64,000 nt of DNA from Marsupella aquatica. Its lineage: Eukaryota; Plantae; Marchantiophyta. The stretch covers positions 15,306,861 through 15,370,860 of the forward strand of contig OZ316892.1 of the NCBI GenBank assembly GCA_973895155.1. Direction: 5' to 3'. Shown piece after piece: positions 1-13,300 of this stretch. Position 1 is the first letter of the stretch. Every line of letters begins with the position of its first letter. Both the position numbers and the translations under genes were made by a program. The notes below the pieces were generated by a model. It did no database searches. It was not told the DNA's origin and saw nothing but the letters and a program-made list of their open reading frames with translations.

Positions 1-129
1 ACTCTACACCAAGAGATAATTTTCCTTTTCTCAACTTTCGTCCACCAAATGGGGGCCGCAGCTCCCGCAAGGTGTTAGCACACTGCTCGTCTGTAGCCGA
101 ATCAATTTGGGGATTCTCATCCATAGTAT

Positions 130-1130
130 CAATCAGTTGTATGTCTTTCTTCTCTTTTAGTGGCTCCTTGCCCTTCCGGTGGATATTTTTCTTCTTCCTA
201 CTCTCGCCTTTCTCTTTCCTATCACTCTCCTCCTTGTTTCTATCATTCTCCTCCCTCTCTTTCCTCCATTCTTTTTCCTTTTTGTCATTTTCCTCCTTCT
301 CTTTTCTATCTTGCTTCTCCTTCTCTTTTCGATTGTTCTCCTTGTTCTCTTTCCAATCCAACTCCTCTGTCTCTTTCCGATTGTTCTCCTCCTTCTCTTT
401 TCTATCTTGCTCTTGCTTCTATTTCTGATCTTGCTCCTCCTTCTCTTTCAGATCTTTCTCTGCCTTCTCTTTTCTACCCTGCTCCTCTTTTTGTTCTATA
501 ACGTTCTCTTTCCGATCGTTCTCCGCCTTCTCTTTTCTGTCCTGCTCTTTCCTCTGTTCTCTATCGTGCTCCTTCTTCTGTTCTCTATCATGCTTCTCTT
601 TTCTATCCTGCTCTTGCTTCTCTTTCCGATTTTGCTCCTGCTGCTCTTTCCAATCTTGCTCCTGCTTCTCTTCCCGATCTTTATCTGCCTTTTCTTTTCT
701 ATCCTGCTCCTCTTTTTGTGTTCTATCCTCCTCCTTCTTCTGTTCTCTATTGCGCTCCTCCTTCTCTTTTAGATCGTTCTGCTCCTTCTCTTTTCTTTCC
801 TGCTCCTCTTTTTGTTCTCTATCCTTCTCTTTCCGATCTTTCTCTTCCTTCTCTTTTTGATTGCTATCCTTTCTATCCCGCTCCTCTTGTTGTTTCTTAG
901 CTATTCTTTCCTTCCTATCTTTCTCTTTGTTCTCTTCTTCCTCCTTCAATTCTTTCTCTTTCCTTGCTTTGTTCTCCTCATTCTCCTTTTGATCATGCTC
1001 CTCTTTGTCTATTTTCTCTTTCTTATCCAGCTCATCCATGTTCTCTTTCCCTTCTGTATCCTTCTCCTCCCTCTCCCTTGCTTCTTGCTTGAGCTCTACT
1101 TGTGGCTTCTCTTCCGCCTTCTCAACTTCT
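130..1130 (-). repeat. Low-complexity purine-rich coding repeat (KEKEEQDR-like units)
   Basis: Plus strand is CT-rich. The minus-strand ORF 419-1507 shows repeated (D/N)RKEKxEQ units that continue past an in-frame TAG at 419-421. Confidence 0.85.
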
Positions 1131-2261
1131 TCCTCCCACTTTCCTTTTTTCTTGGCATTCCTTTTCTTTGGTCCCTCATAGTCATCGCTATCATCCTCTC
1201 CAAGTTGTCCGCCGGATCCGGATGCCTCCCATTTGTGGTCAGAATGCGGTTGATCATTTTCACTAGTAGGTGGACTCAACACCTCTTTGTACTCAATGTG
1301 GAGTTTATCTTCTAAAAACTTGGAACGTCGTTCTTTCATTGGGGAGTCATCACCACTCTCACCACCATTCAATTTGTCTGTCACTTGTGTATTTTTCCCG
1401 GAATGACTACTAAAATCTTTCCCTCCATTCATACAATGTAAATATGATGTCTCAGGATGTTCATCCATGATCTCAGTAGGATCACCACCTAGTGCAACCA
1501 TTTGCAAAACTTTAATATAAAAGTTAATGCACTTTAGACATATTTCAAGAAATTATACAAGACATGGAGAAACGTTCTATACTTAGGGATAGACGTCAAC
1601 AAGCATTTAAACTAATTTACAAATTAAGTGAAAAATAATACTTCATAATAACAATTGGAAGACAAGTACAAATTGATGAGTTGGAGAAGTGTTGGGGATC
1701 CTCTGCAGAAACCTTACACCCTATACTAAATCCTCTTTTGCTCTACCTCTTAAAGGTCCTATTGGGATACTGGAAGGAAGCTCATAAGGGAAAGAGTCTC
1801 CCATAGGGTCACTTGGCTCTTGAAGGCCATAATTACTCGTTAATTACCCGAGAGATTTCAATATCCTCCAATCTGTAGTTCTCTTTTAGGGTGTCTAACA
1901 TATCATCTCGAACTTCAAAGATAGTTTTCTTCTTCATTATTTTCCGTTGCAGAAGCTTCTCAAAAGTCTTTCTATCAGGGCATTGTTCGGGTACTTCATC
2001 AAACTTTGGAAATAATGTGTTGAGGTAATTTCTGGTGGCTTCATGATTTTCTTCGGCGCAGTAGCATCTCACATTGATGTCGCATTCCTGCAAATCAAGA
2101 AAATGAATAAGAATGATTCTATTAATTTTATAGAATAGGGGTTCATGTTTAACTGTTGAAAGTGGAGATCAGATCTTACCATCAGGCATTGAATCTCCTA
2201 GTGCCTCTCGGAGCAATGAAATTTTGTTTTCATCAAGATGAAAGAATTTATAGATATAGAA

Positions 2262-2858
2262 TTTATGTAGGATCTGCTTATATGATGCTTTGTTTGATGT
2301 GGATGTCATTCATGCTATGTTCATTTCTTGTATTCAATGTGTTATATTTCTAAAGTTAGAACATCAGGTTTCTATGTATTGTAATGTGGAGTGCTCTCTC
2401 TCCTTATGAACTGTCCCTCTGTGTTCATTAGTCATGGTTACAACTTGCATGTGAACCTTATTAGTTATAAACATGAGTATATAGAGTCTCAAATGGTTCT
2501 GTTGTGTGACCCGGGCTAGGGTCTCCATTGGTCTCTCCTGTGACACTAAATGGTCACACGCTAGTCGTTGTTGAATGCGAGCAAGTCATGTATATGACTT
2601 ACCATGTGACTCGTTAAAGTCATATTGCAGTCACGTAGAAACAAGGCTAGACTCCACAATAAAGTCACAGATCAGTCACAAATGGGTTTCAAGCAAGTTG
2701 CAAAGCCCAGTATCAATAGTGACTTCCATTTTTTGGTCTCAACTTTTGCAACTCCAAGGGTCACAGCGTGGGTCAAGTCACGTTGAGTCACAATGAAGTC
2801 ACATGAGCCAAAATGAGTCACATATTGCAATCTCAGTTCACCTCGGATTCTTCTAGTG
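2262..2858 (-). mobile_element. Truncated terminal fragment of a CACTA element, same family as the element at 47223
   Basis: Ends in GGATTCTTCTAGTG (rc CACTAGAAGAATCC). Near-identical inverted copy of 47223-47819 (ORFs 2364-2546 vs 47535-47717, and 2575-2796 vs 47285-47506). GTGACT/AGTCAC subterminal repeats. Confidence 0.9.
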
Positions 2859-4839
2859 CAAACTTCTTCTTGAGCTGCGCCTTGGTCATTTTCTTGAAAT
2901 CATTCATCCGGGTCCTATCAGTAAACATTTTCAAGCAGATTGCCTGGAAAACTCTCTGGTATTTCTTTCCGGTGCAATACTCTTCAAGTGATCTCCACTG
3001 CTTTGCTTCCTCTGGATCGAAAGATTTGTCATTTCTCTTCTCGGGGTAGAGTGAGACCTTCCTTCCCTCGATTAGGTATTTAGCAAGCTTTGACAAGTCC
3101 CTATCTTCAAGCCCCTGAAGTGACATTAAAAACCTCCGCTTCAGATGCCACATTGTGCGCTCTTGGTAGGGCTTCGCAACTGATTGAAGTATTCTGTTAT
3201 ATTGTATGAGAAGCCCATCCTCAGACAATTTATGAACTCTCATCCACTTCTAAAATGTTTCATCCATCATTTCAAAAATGAACGGTGACATTTTGACAAA
3301 CCAAATTTGGCCATTGTCAATCACAGCATTTGGATATGCTATCTCAGTTGCTTTGCAGAATGGCTGCCAAAATTTCCAACATAATAGTTCAGACTCCTCA
3401 TAATAGAATTGGAATGAACGAAACACTATTTCGTAAATCAGTCAACAAATATAAAACTTCCATTCAGTAGAGATGTGAAGAATGATGGAATTACCTTCCA
3501 CGTTGACTTGGACAACTTTGCGTGTGCGGGACTTGGACGGCCAGCAGATATCCAAATTGACCTAACCTGCTTCGCCATCAAAAGAAATTGGCTCTCGGGC
3601 ATCGTTTTCTGATTCATATTATTGAGAGCCTGAGATAATCCCATTATCTGTGTGTTTCCAAACATAGTAAATGGACTCCAGAAAAGATGGGCGGTCACAG
3701 TTCAAAGCAGGTCCTTCATCATTGAATCAAATTTTGGTTCCTTCATCAGCATCTTGTAAGCTTCAATTGTGTGCTGCCCGCCAACAATCCAAAAGTAACA
3801 GGAATCTAGATCCTTTTGCGAAGGCCTAGTTTTGAATGGTTTTCTGTTGTACTCTTTAGTTCTCTTTGCATCTTCAGGATCCCACTAAATCGGAACAAGG
3901 TACACTACTTTCTTTTCTAAAGAAATTGACGAGTGTCCCATAATCAACCCCTTCAGCAGCTCGCAATATTTCCGGTCAAACCCTTGGCACTTGTAATCAT
4001 CTGGGCCAATTTTACATTTTATCGTTTCGACATCAAAAGATTTACCTTCAAAGAGTGCGAGACCTTTGTATTCTTTCAAGAGGGAATTGAACAATTCAGT
4101 TGCATGCTCTTCATTCAGCGTCTCCTTTGGTAGATGTCCAAGACCAATCTCCCCTATCCTCCAAATGGAGAACATGCTAATGAATGGGTTCCCTATGCAC
4201 TCAAGAACTTTGTTGATGTATCTTGAAATCTCGTCGCCACATATCTCTTCGGGAGTTACAGACAGTTCGGTGTAATCAGGTGATGGTTGGTATTGAGTAG
4301 TCGTCTTTATCAGTTCTTCAACTTCACACCGATTAAACTTCATGTAGTCAGTCATCTGCATGCAGATTCCCACAGTGCTCAATGTCGTCACCTCTTCCAT
4401 AATGAAGCCCAACGCTTCCTGGAAGTCCTGTAGTCCTAGGTTTCTCTTGAAAAAGCATCCAGTAACCCGGTAGTCGGATATCACCTTCAAAGTACTGCAA
4501 TCAACAGCCACCAAAAGACTCCCCTGATGAAGGAAAACTCCCCAGCTCTGAATGTTCTTCATTTTAAGCGAATGGACAGAGCTTGCTTCATCGCACAGAA
4601 CATTCTTTATCTTGGGACCTCAAAATTTGATGAGTGTGATGTCCTCCCCTGACTCGGGCACCTTCCCCATTTTCTTTCGGGGATTATCTGGAACGTCTTC
4701 CAGTTTCCTCTTCCCTTTTCCAATGTCTACATTCTCCATCTGCAAAAGCACATATTGTCCAAAGATGGAAGTAGTGTGATCAATTTTTTTTATTGATTAA
4801 ACATTTTGTAGTTACAAAACATGGGTCCCATGGTATAGG

Positions 4840-5481
4840 TTACAAAACAGGGATCCCAAGTGGATACGTCCAATTTCTGAATTCTTCTATCAAACATTTA
4901 TCACCAAATCTCTGTAATATTTCTTCCCTCTCTTTTAGACCTAAACTATGCCAGTCGTCGGTGAATATCTCAAGCTGTTGAATACTAAGGCACCCTATTT
5001 CATCTATTGGCGGAGTTATAAAGGAATCCTCCCAAAATACTCTAGCAGTATGTGTTGTTGAAAGAAGAGGTGCGTTTGCTATACTAGAGAGGTCATCGTT
5101 TATGTCGGCGATGTTTTTCGCTGCAATCTTCAACAGCCCCCAAACTTTGGTCTTCCAAACAAGGTGGTACCATTTGTGATTGCAAGATCCAAGATTAATC
5201 ACCACTCTCAGTCTCTCAAGTAATTCCCCAGGATGAATGTCTATATCTTTTGTGCAATTGTATTTCAGAAGTGGCCATATATTACTTTCCACTAGTTGGT
5301 CTGGAAGTCCACAAATAAATCTCTCAGACTTAGTGTGGATACTCTTTTCAAGTGAGTGGCTTTGTTTGATTTCCTCCAATTGTTCTGCTAACTTCACCAC
5401 GACTGAATTGGATCTCGTCATATCTCTAACTTTCACTGTTTCCACTGTAACATCAATACGAGTTGTGAAATTAATACACAT
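4840..5481 (-). CDS. F-box-like protein (213 aa)
   Basis: FICGLPDQLVESNIWPLL...LRVVINLGSCNHKWYHLV resembles the plant F-box motif (LPD..I...L...v.k.W..l) with an insertion. Open ATG-initiated ORF. Confidence 0.5.
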   Translation of the reverse strand: MCINFTTRIDVTVETVKVRDMTRSNSVVVKLAEQLEEIKQSHSLEKSIHTKSERFICGLPDQLVESNIWPLLKYNCTKDIDIHPGELLERLRVVINLGSCNHKWYHLVWKTKVWGLLKIAAKNIADINDDLSSIANAPLLSTTHTARVFWEDSFITPPIDEIGCLSIQQLEIFTDDWHSLGLKEREEILQRFGDKCLIEEFRNWTYPLGIPVL

Positions 5482-5488
5482 TGCATTT

Positions 5489-6440
5489 TACGGGATAGTG
5501 TTCCGTCGTCTACCTAATCTTTCATTTCCTCCCACGATGCTCTCTCGAGATACCCTAAATTACAGCACATTACTAAAAAATCCCACTTCAATCTGGGATG
5601 TAATTGATCAAAGCATTTTGCAAATCGATAATTGTCTCAATTTGTAGTGCTCCAAGAAACCTTAAAGTAGGATAGTTCGAGTAGAGACTATGTATAGTTT
5701 GAGCTAGATATTCTATTGGAATTTCAGTTGTAATCTTCATGATTCCCATCAAGTATGTGTTATTTACAAGAAATTTCCACTTCCTATTCAAGCTTCTCAT
5801 TGCATATAAGTCCGTAATTGTCCCTGGTGTGAAACTCCCTGATTCTACCTCTTGGACAAAGCATTTCTTCACTCGAGGCCAGATTGATTTTGAGACAATA
5901 TCATCCGGAAGTCCAGGAATTAGTGGCATAGAATTCAGATTTGAATGATTCAAAGACTCCTGTTCAACTACAATTGTCTTGAATTTGGAAAAGAAAGAGT
6001 CAATCATTGGGATTGGTTGTCTTTTTTCAAGTACTCTCTCCATCTGTTTGTGTTTCTGTTAAATACCACAATACAAAAGAGTATTTTCTTAGTAATCGCT
6101 TTCATCACTAGTGATTCACGAAACAATGTTTCATGGTATTGAGAGTGGGATTCAAATAGACTCAGCCAGACCGATTCACGGAATAGTGTTTCGTTTACGA
6201 CATGTAGTCAGGAACTATAAGACTTGGGATTAGATTTATGATTTATCTTGTGCCTACTAAAGAGTTTTCCAGAATAGTATTCCGTGGATAAGGAGATCTC
6301 AATTTAGGGTTTCTGAGATCAGAGGGTATTGAAAGAGTGTACTGCGGATCAGAGACTGAATCCAGGTATAGTAATCCTTGGATAAGAGAGTGACATGAAA
6401 CTATCGATAGAAAAGAGGGTCACGGAGATGTGTTCCGTTA
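5489..6440. repeat. Cluster of dispersed palindromic motif CGGAA-N5-TTCCG (left cluster)
   Basis: cgggatagtgttccg (~5491), cacgaaacaatgtttca (~6117), cacggaatagtgtttcg (~6177), cagaatagtattccg (~6270), cacggagatgtgttccg (~6421). Another copy, cgaaacactatttcg, lies in an intron at ~3419. Confidence 0.7.
5588..6043 (-). CDS. F-box-like protein (151 aa)
   Basis: PLIPGLPDDIVSKSIWPRV...LYAMRSLNRKWKFLV matches the LIPGLPDD F-box start typical of plant F-box/kelch proteins. No substrate-binding repeats visible. Confidence 0.55.
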   Translation of the reverse strand: MERVLEKRQPIPMIDSFFSKFKTIVVEQESLNHSNLNSMPLIPGLPDDIVSKSIWPRVKKCFVQEVESGSFTPGTITDLYAMRSLNRKWKFLVNNTYLMGIMKITTEIPIEYLAQTIHSLYSNYPTLRFLGALQIETIIDLQNALINYIPD

Positions 6441-7784
6441 ATTGGAGAGGTAGTTGTCATTGATTTATTCAATGAGTGACGGTGTAATTATTTGAAGATG
6501 TATGTTCTCGGCCACTTGGTTAATTTTCAAGTCTACATGCAAGTGAGTACGGGGAAACTGTTGCACAGACTACAATAAGGGATTTCTAATCTACAAGATC
6601 ATGGTTCAATTATTGAGTTGGTTACCAGAGTAGTTTCTCTGTTTCCATTCCCTGATTCACTCGATGATTTGTATGCATGTTGGAAAGCTTCATTGTACAG
6701 CCAAATTCATTTTGTGCATGTGCTTTTATCATATACCATACTACTCATATGTACACATTCTTGAATTTGTAATTTGTTCATAGATTTGAATGTATTATAT
6801 CATTACAAGTCTCAGCAATCAATATTACATCCTTGGGAAATGAAAACTTATAGTCACTAAGCCAAAGCAGGTATTACTCACCTTAAGAGTCTGCTGTAAA
6901 GTAAGTTTGTTGTAAGGCAATGGATGAAGGTTGACTCCTTTCCTTCACACCGACTGAGAAATTCGCCAGTTTGGAGTGATTGGTGCTCAGTCAAATCAAG
7001 TAACTGACAAATATGCAAAAATAGAGTCAATCACTGTTGAACCTTGAAGTAGCAATGTGTAGCTCTGAAGTGCACTCATTCCATATTGACAATAGACAAT
7101 TGTAGTTGCATACCTTGTGCGAAAGCCAGGATTTAACAGAGAAGCACTTCAGTTGCAGGACCTTCAATCTTACTTCCTTGCACCAAATGTTGGCTGTTGC
7201 ATTGACAATAAGCAGAGCCCTTGCCCGAGCCCTTGTAGACACAATGGAGGCAGCCCAGTCAGACAATGCAACTTAGGGCAGAATCTAAAATCTCTATTAC
7301 AATAGAGCTTGGCCCAATTACTTTCGAGTAATGCAGAATCATGTCAACCCTAAAATGCATTTTATGAAACAATATGTAGCCAGATTGAATCAAATGCTAA
7401 ACCTCTAAGGGCGAGGTCTGGCCAAACCTTACCGGTCAGCTTGATGACAAACAAAGGTCGAGCAGCAGATGATGACAAATGAAGGTCGAGCGGCGGAATC
7501 CTGACAGGCGGAGGAACCATGGACCAGAAATCCAAAATGAGCAAGTGCACACCTAAAACATTGAGAACACACACGAGGAGTCGGACTGAGTGCAGAAGGA
7601 CAGACAAGTTGATCTGTCAGTGACCATCCACACGAGCATCCGCACAGCCAAATGCCAATGATCAAGCGCACACCCAAAAATGTGAGAGCAAAAGAATCCT
7701 GACTGCTGAGAGTGCACACAAAGAAGAGTTGATCTGTCAGACTGAAGCAAGAAAATGGGAACAAGGAGCGAGCGGAGGCGGAGC

Positions 7785-7910
7785 TGTGAGGGGAGGCTGC
7801 GAGCTGCAAGGGGAGGCTGCGAGCTGCGAGGGGAGGCTGCGAGCTGCGAGGGGAGGCTGTGAGTCAAGGTTGCAAGCTGCAAGGGGAGCTACGAGGGGAG
7901 GCTGTGGAGG
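7785..7910. repeat. GC-rich ~19-bp tandem repeat (gagctgcgagggggaggct-like)
   Basis: Repeated gagctgc(g/a)agggg(g)aggctgc units at the 5' end of an apparent minus-strand spliced transcript (donor-like sites at ~7430 and ~6880). Confidence 0.7.
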
Positions 7911-8917
7911 AGCCGGGGCTGCTGATGGGTATTGCAAGGCGCCAATGCATGGCAGAGGCTAGGAGGGGCATGCGGAGGCCTCATCATGAATGACTCCCAT
8001 TTTATAATTGGGTTTTTTCAGCATGCAAGGGCGCTTCATGGAATCATCATGGTGGACATCATGGAAGCAATTTAAGTTAATATTAAAGTATCCCCTTTGG
8101 ATTTCAATTATGATCCCCTTACAACTTAGTTGTGCCCTTTGAGTCACTATACAAATTGAAGGTTCACCGTAGACCATAGGCCCTCACCCTAGCTCTCATT
8201 CCTGGTTTATTAGTCACAATAAGGTTTCCAGCTGGAGCACCAATTATTAGGCACAATAAGGTTTCCAGTGAGAGCTTAGGCGCAAGGATAATAAAAAAAC
8301 TAGATAGTCAAAGACAAATTGTTTCATTCTCCAAATGACATAATTATTAAAAGGACCAATATAAATCTATATAACCAAACGGAAAATCAAAACCCAGGTT
8401 TGAGAGTGCTTCAAACTCAGCCTATTTAAGAAAAGTCAAATCTAAGACTCCACTAAACACCTAAGGCCATTCCAAGTGAACCAAACTACCAACATCTAAC
8501 GGAGCCACTGTGTTTGCATTGCTAGAGGGTGTCCTAATGCATAACGGAGCATATCCCTCCACCCTAGGTAGGAAATCTTGACTACTTGAACTTAGATGAA
8601 CTCTCTTGTAATGCAACAACCAGCTACGCAGTTATATATGCACGCAAGGCAGGAAATGGACCAGGCAGTCGTTCATGCAAAAACAAAGGGATGTGGAGGT
8701 CATCAGACAAGAATATCAAACATCAAGAATACTTTAGTAGCATTAAACAAATTTATTCAAAAACCCTTAACATCATTCAATCAGGAATATTAAACATCAC
8801 TCACAAATTCTTAGACACAAATTCAAGAATATGTAACATTATTTAGGAATATAAAACATCAAGGGTGAGTGATGAGGATGGATAGTGAGTTGATAGTTGT
8901 GTGGTGGAGGTTGGGGT

Positions 8918-10395
8918 TTAAACCCTAAACCCTAAACTTCATATGAAAAATCACTCCACCCACATCTACAACTACAATAAGTGATGCTGCCATTTTCCGT
9001 CCTTTGTCCCATTCTAATATGTGCTTGAAACTAACCCTCAGGCCCTGACCCTAAACCAGAAACCTTTGACTATGACTTATACAAAATAGAATTTTAAACA
9101 TAACCTAAACACTGGTCTATGACTCATAAAAATTGTTAACCATCAATCCAGTGTTACCATTTTTGATCCATGAATAGGTAGCTAGTCAGAGTCGGAGTAC
9201 ACTTCGCTACTGTTACATTTACCAAGGTAACATACGAAACATTTCGATTACTATGGAAAAAGGAACATCAAGCCAGGGAACATAAGAAACCCTTTCACTA
9301 CTATGGATAAAGGAGTTATCAAACTAACTAAGTAAGGAATGTAATTAAGAAACCCTTAATTTGGAAAAAGAAACCCGAAAGTAACACCAACTAAGGGAAC
9401 ATAAGTAACCCTTTCATTACTAATGTTGTGCATGCATATATTCCACGAATTATAATCAAGTCATTTTTATGGGGGCCGGATAGAGAGAAGAGAAGGAACC
9501 AAGGGACCGAGACTTTTTGCAAGATATCTCTTACTACCACCATTTAGCCCTTCAGTTATATTGCCAAACATAAGCTGTTGTGTTAGTCTTTGAATGTGAC
9601 CCAGAATCATGTGAACTTTGTGAGGTCTCTTTAAAATGTGGTTGTAAGTTATAGTTTTATGAATTATTAATATTCTCGTTGAAACATAAAAGACCAGTTA
9701 ATAATTTTTTGAGTATGCATCTTCCTAGGCAACCCAAATATTAATGTAATAAACTCCTCAACCATGATCTCATATCTCACCCCATTTAAAAGACTGAGGG
9801 TCTAAACCCTAAACCCTTGCAAGACTTGAACTTCATATGACCCTAAACCCTAAACCCTTGCAAGACTTAAACTTCATATGATCATTGTCTTAGGGTTGAA
9901 TATTATGTGTAGTTACTTAGTAGTATATAACTGACTGTTACCTCAACCCCTACATGTATGTTGCTATGACGCCAAAAGACAAATCAAATAATGGAATAAT
10001 ATCAAGAGAACAAAACATTACCCCTAAGTTGGTGGACTCTCTAAACTTAGGGTTATTGGGAACATTTTCAGGTCAACACAATGGCCTTTTATCTATAATT
10101 AGTACTTTGGCCAATGTACAGAAGTTACTACTGCCCAAATCCCCCCAAACCCACCTGCCATAAACCCATAAATCACGAGGGACCTTAGTGTAGTAGGAAT
10201 ACATGACAATGTAAATTTAATATGCATGCATGTGTACCAATAAATTAGTAGTCCACACACTACCTAAGTTACCACTTCTTCGTTAACCTATAATGTTTGG
10301 GCCCGTGTGATTCTATTTGCCCCATTTCTTGTAAATTGTATCTTTTACAATCATTCTCCAATCATCATGTGTAACTCTAAACCCTAAACCCTAAG
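8918..10395. repeat. Short interstitial telomere-like (AAACCCT)n patches
   Basis: aaaccctaaaccctaaa at ~8920, ~9805-9860 (inside a ~36-bp tandem duplication) and ~10378. Confidence 0.6.
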
Positions 10396-13300
10396 CTTGC
10401 AAGTGTCTTTTGTCAATAAAAGGTGTCGTACGCATACACATTGCTACACAACATACATTGTTTATCACACATATCCAAGCATAGTCACAATCCAACGACA
10501 CAAACATAAGAGAATGAACTACAAATGGAACCCATGTCCATACATGCCCAAAACCCACAATAATCTTCTTCAATAGTGCAAATCGAACAACGATCGATGC
10601 CAATCCAACAACGATCCCGTCCGACGCGATCACATATGTATGTCAAGCCCAATGCACCTTGTGCTTCAAGGAATCCACGTTACATGCACACAACCTGGTC
10701 AGCAACACCATAGCACCAACTCAAACTAAACACTAAGTTCTCATATAGCACACACACACAAAACCTCTCTATCTAGATAGTACAATACACTATATTTATT
10801 ACCACAGACATTAAATGGTGTGACAAAGGAGACCAGAAAGTTGAGTTTCTTGAACTTAATTACCGTCCCCAAACACTTCACATAGTTTTGTGATACCTCA
10901 ATAATAAAATAATGGGATGTGTAGCTAGATGTGAGTATTGTCAACCAGGAATTGTAGAATTTCCTTAAATAACTAGTACTAAGTTAGTTCTAGCTATTTC
11001 TTACTTCTCTTTGTAACTTTGAGAAGACATTCAAGATTGAAGTTGAGGGTTAATTATCAATCAATGTGTCAAATGACAGACAATGCTATAGGCAAATTAA
11101 ACCTTGTAAGATCTAATGACCCCTTGGAGCTACCGTAAGCTAAAAACTAAATATTAATATAGAACCTAAACTCAGTCTAATACTGTGCAAGCCTTGTCTG
11201 ACATCATGTAGTGACACTTCAAGCCAACATTTCCAACAACCAGCGAGATGACCTCAGACACAATGAAATTGGAAAAACTCTCCCAGTGGATATAGCATGC
11301 TCATCCTGGAACATGCTTGATATTTTGTCTTGTAGTGATATGTAAGTGGATAAAATACTAGAGTAAAAAGAATACATATTAAGTGTGAGTGGGGATAATG
11401 TAAACAGAGCACATGCAAAGAAAAGCACATAGTGAGAGATCACTTAAATGTACACTCAAGTGCTATGACACAAAGGTGCTACAATGTGTGCACTTATTAA
11501 TTCAATGTGCTTTATTAATGACACTCAATTCAATAAAAACAATAAACTTAGGGAATAAAGTCATGAGGGGAACTTAAAACATCATGTGTTTACACTAATT
11601 TATTTAGAGTCATTTCTCTCTCTCATAAGAAGATTTAAAAACTTTGTTCAAGTGATAGAATTTAAAGTCATTGGTTAATCTAAGATGCCAAAATTAAAGG
11701 GTCCAAAGGGTCATAAAAATCTATATGATACAAAGGATGCCCCTTGATTAGGCACATTGAAATGAAAATACATTACACAAAAATTCTTAAGGAGACAAAA
11801 TCTCAAACATGGCTGTATAGCATGCTCATCCTGGATATGGGCTGGTGACAATTAGATCTTACAATTTTCGACGGCGTTGCAACAAACACAATTGTGACCA
11901 CCAATTGTGTCATTCATGTTTGTCGCAGAAAGTGCTGACATGTGCAACCATGTGCCATGAATTTTTCAATGGACAGACTGGTCATGGGAGTCCGTAATAA
12001 CTTTTTGCGCACCTGGCTTGAAAGACAAAAAGTGCTACCCTAAGAAATAAATCCTTCGCCTTCTTCCAAACTAAGAGTTACTTACATTATTTGAGTTTAA
12101 ATATATCTGACTTCATTATTTACCTGCCAGGAATATTATGATGGGATTATTAATTACCCTTCATTGGCATTATCATTATTTAGCAGGGGTGTTAACTAAA
12201 TAATCCTAAGTTTCAGTTCAGAATAATATATTATTGGAGTGGATTACTTCAATTTGCCCTTTTTAAATTTTTTTATTAATTTATTTGTCATTGATTCATG
12301 TATTTTGATTCTAGCTTGTTTTACGTTGACTCAATTGAAGGTATAATTGTTCTCTCATTGATTTAATTTTTTAACCTATTTTTGTTTGCAATTAATTATT
12401 CTATTTGAAATAACATTCTCACTGTGAAATTACGTAACTAACATCACTCACTTTGGATTATTTTGTTTTTAAATTTCACATTATCTTAGTTTTGATTTTA
12501 CTCGATCTATATTTTCTATAATTCCAACCATATTGAGTGAAGCGATAGGAAGAATCTGAGGCAAGGAGGAATTTTGATGATTTGAAAGTTTGTATCGGAC
12601 AATCATTGCGATCAAGGGGGGGATCGAGGAGTATGAGCTAGGAAATTTGAATTCAAATTTCCCCCCAAAATTATCTGTGGTACAGAGCCGAGCCGAGCCG
12701 AGCCAAAGTGGTTCACATTGTTTCTATTTTCTCCAATCTCTTGGACTGCCTGAATGTTTTTGTTTCACTCTCTCACATTAGATTCACTACATTGTCAAGT
12801 CGGGACGGTTGAGGAGATGCGGAGCTTGAGCTGCAATCGACTGGAGTGGGTCACAAGCCTCAGGGTTGTAAGCGCTCTTGAGTCGGGATTGATTGGAGTC
12901 GCAAATCAGTTGTTGGAGCGCTCAAGTTGTTTCAAGTGGTGGGTGTGGTCCTTCCATCAGGAGGGGTTCCAGACAAACAAAGTCATCTATCATTTTGCTC
13001 GAGAGCTTCATTGTTGGCGGAGAAGAGATTCAAGAGTTGATTGACGTTTGCATTGAGAGCTTCATTGTGATTTAGGAGGAGATTCAAGACTAAGGCAATT
13101 GAGGTAAGTTTGTCGTTATGCGACTATTGTTGTTTTCCCAGTTGTTTCTCTACTTGATGCTTGTTGTAGATGTTAGTTCTCGTTGATTCTCGTTGTAGAT
13201 GTTGTAGACGTGTCTGTTGTCATTCTTTGAATCATCGAGCTTGAAGGAGCCAGTAGTCAGTCAATCTTTCTAGCAACAAAACATTCCATCAACTTAAGTA

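Larger units (their letters stand above)
1..4739 (-). pseudogene. Decayed multi-exon gene: ParB/Sulfiredoxin-like N-terminal domain plus long K/E-rich coiled-coil tail; runs off the window
   Basis: ATG at 4739 after a tttgcag acceptor. Reading through in-frame stops links ORF 3885-4562 (VETIKCKIGPDDYKCQGFDRKYCELLKGLIM...VYLVPI) to CYFWIVGGQHTIEAYKML (~3760-3810, ParB-like GxH motif), then ORFs 3438-3698, 2833-3243, 1833-2093 and 419-1507. GT..AG introns are visible (e.g. ~2088-2178). Interrupted by a CACTA fragment. Confidence 0.6.

Noticed and set aside
72-1315. Plus-strand Leu/Phe-rich ORFs that look like membrane proteins
   Set aside because: Antisense shadows of the K/E-rich minus-strand coding repeat.
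1-6100. Endogenous giant-virus insertion
   Set aside because: No viral hallmark genes are visible and spliceosomal introns are present. It cannot be excluded beyond the window edge.
8918-10395. Telomere or chromosome-fusion site
   Set aside because: Only 2-3 units per patch, typical of telo-box-like motifs in plant repeats.
12641-12662. Perfect 22-bp palindrome GGAAATTTGAATTCAAATTTCC
   Set aside because: Isolated AT-rich motif common in plant repeats, with no supporting structure.
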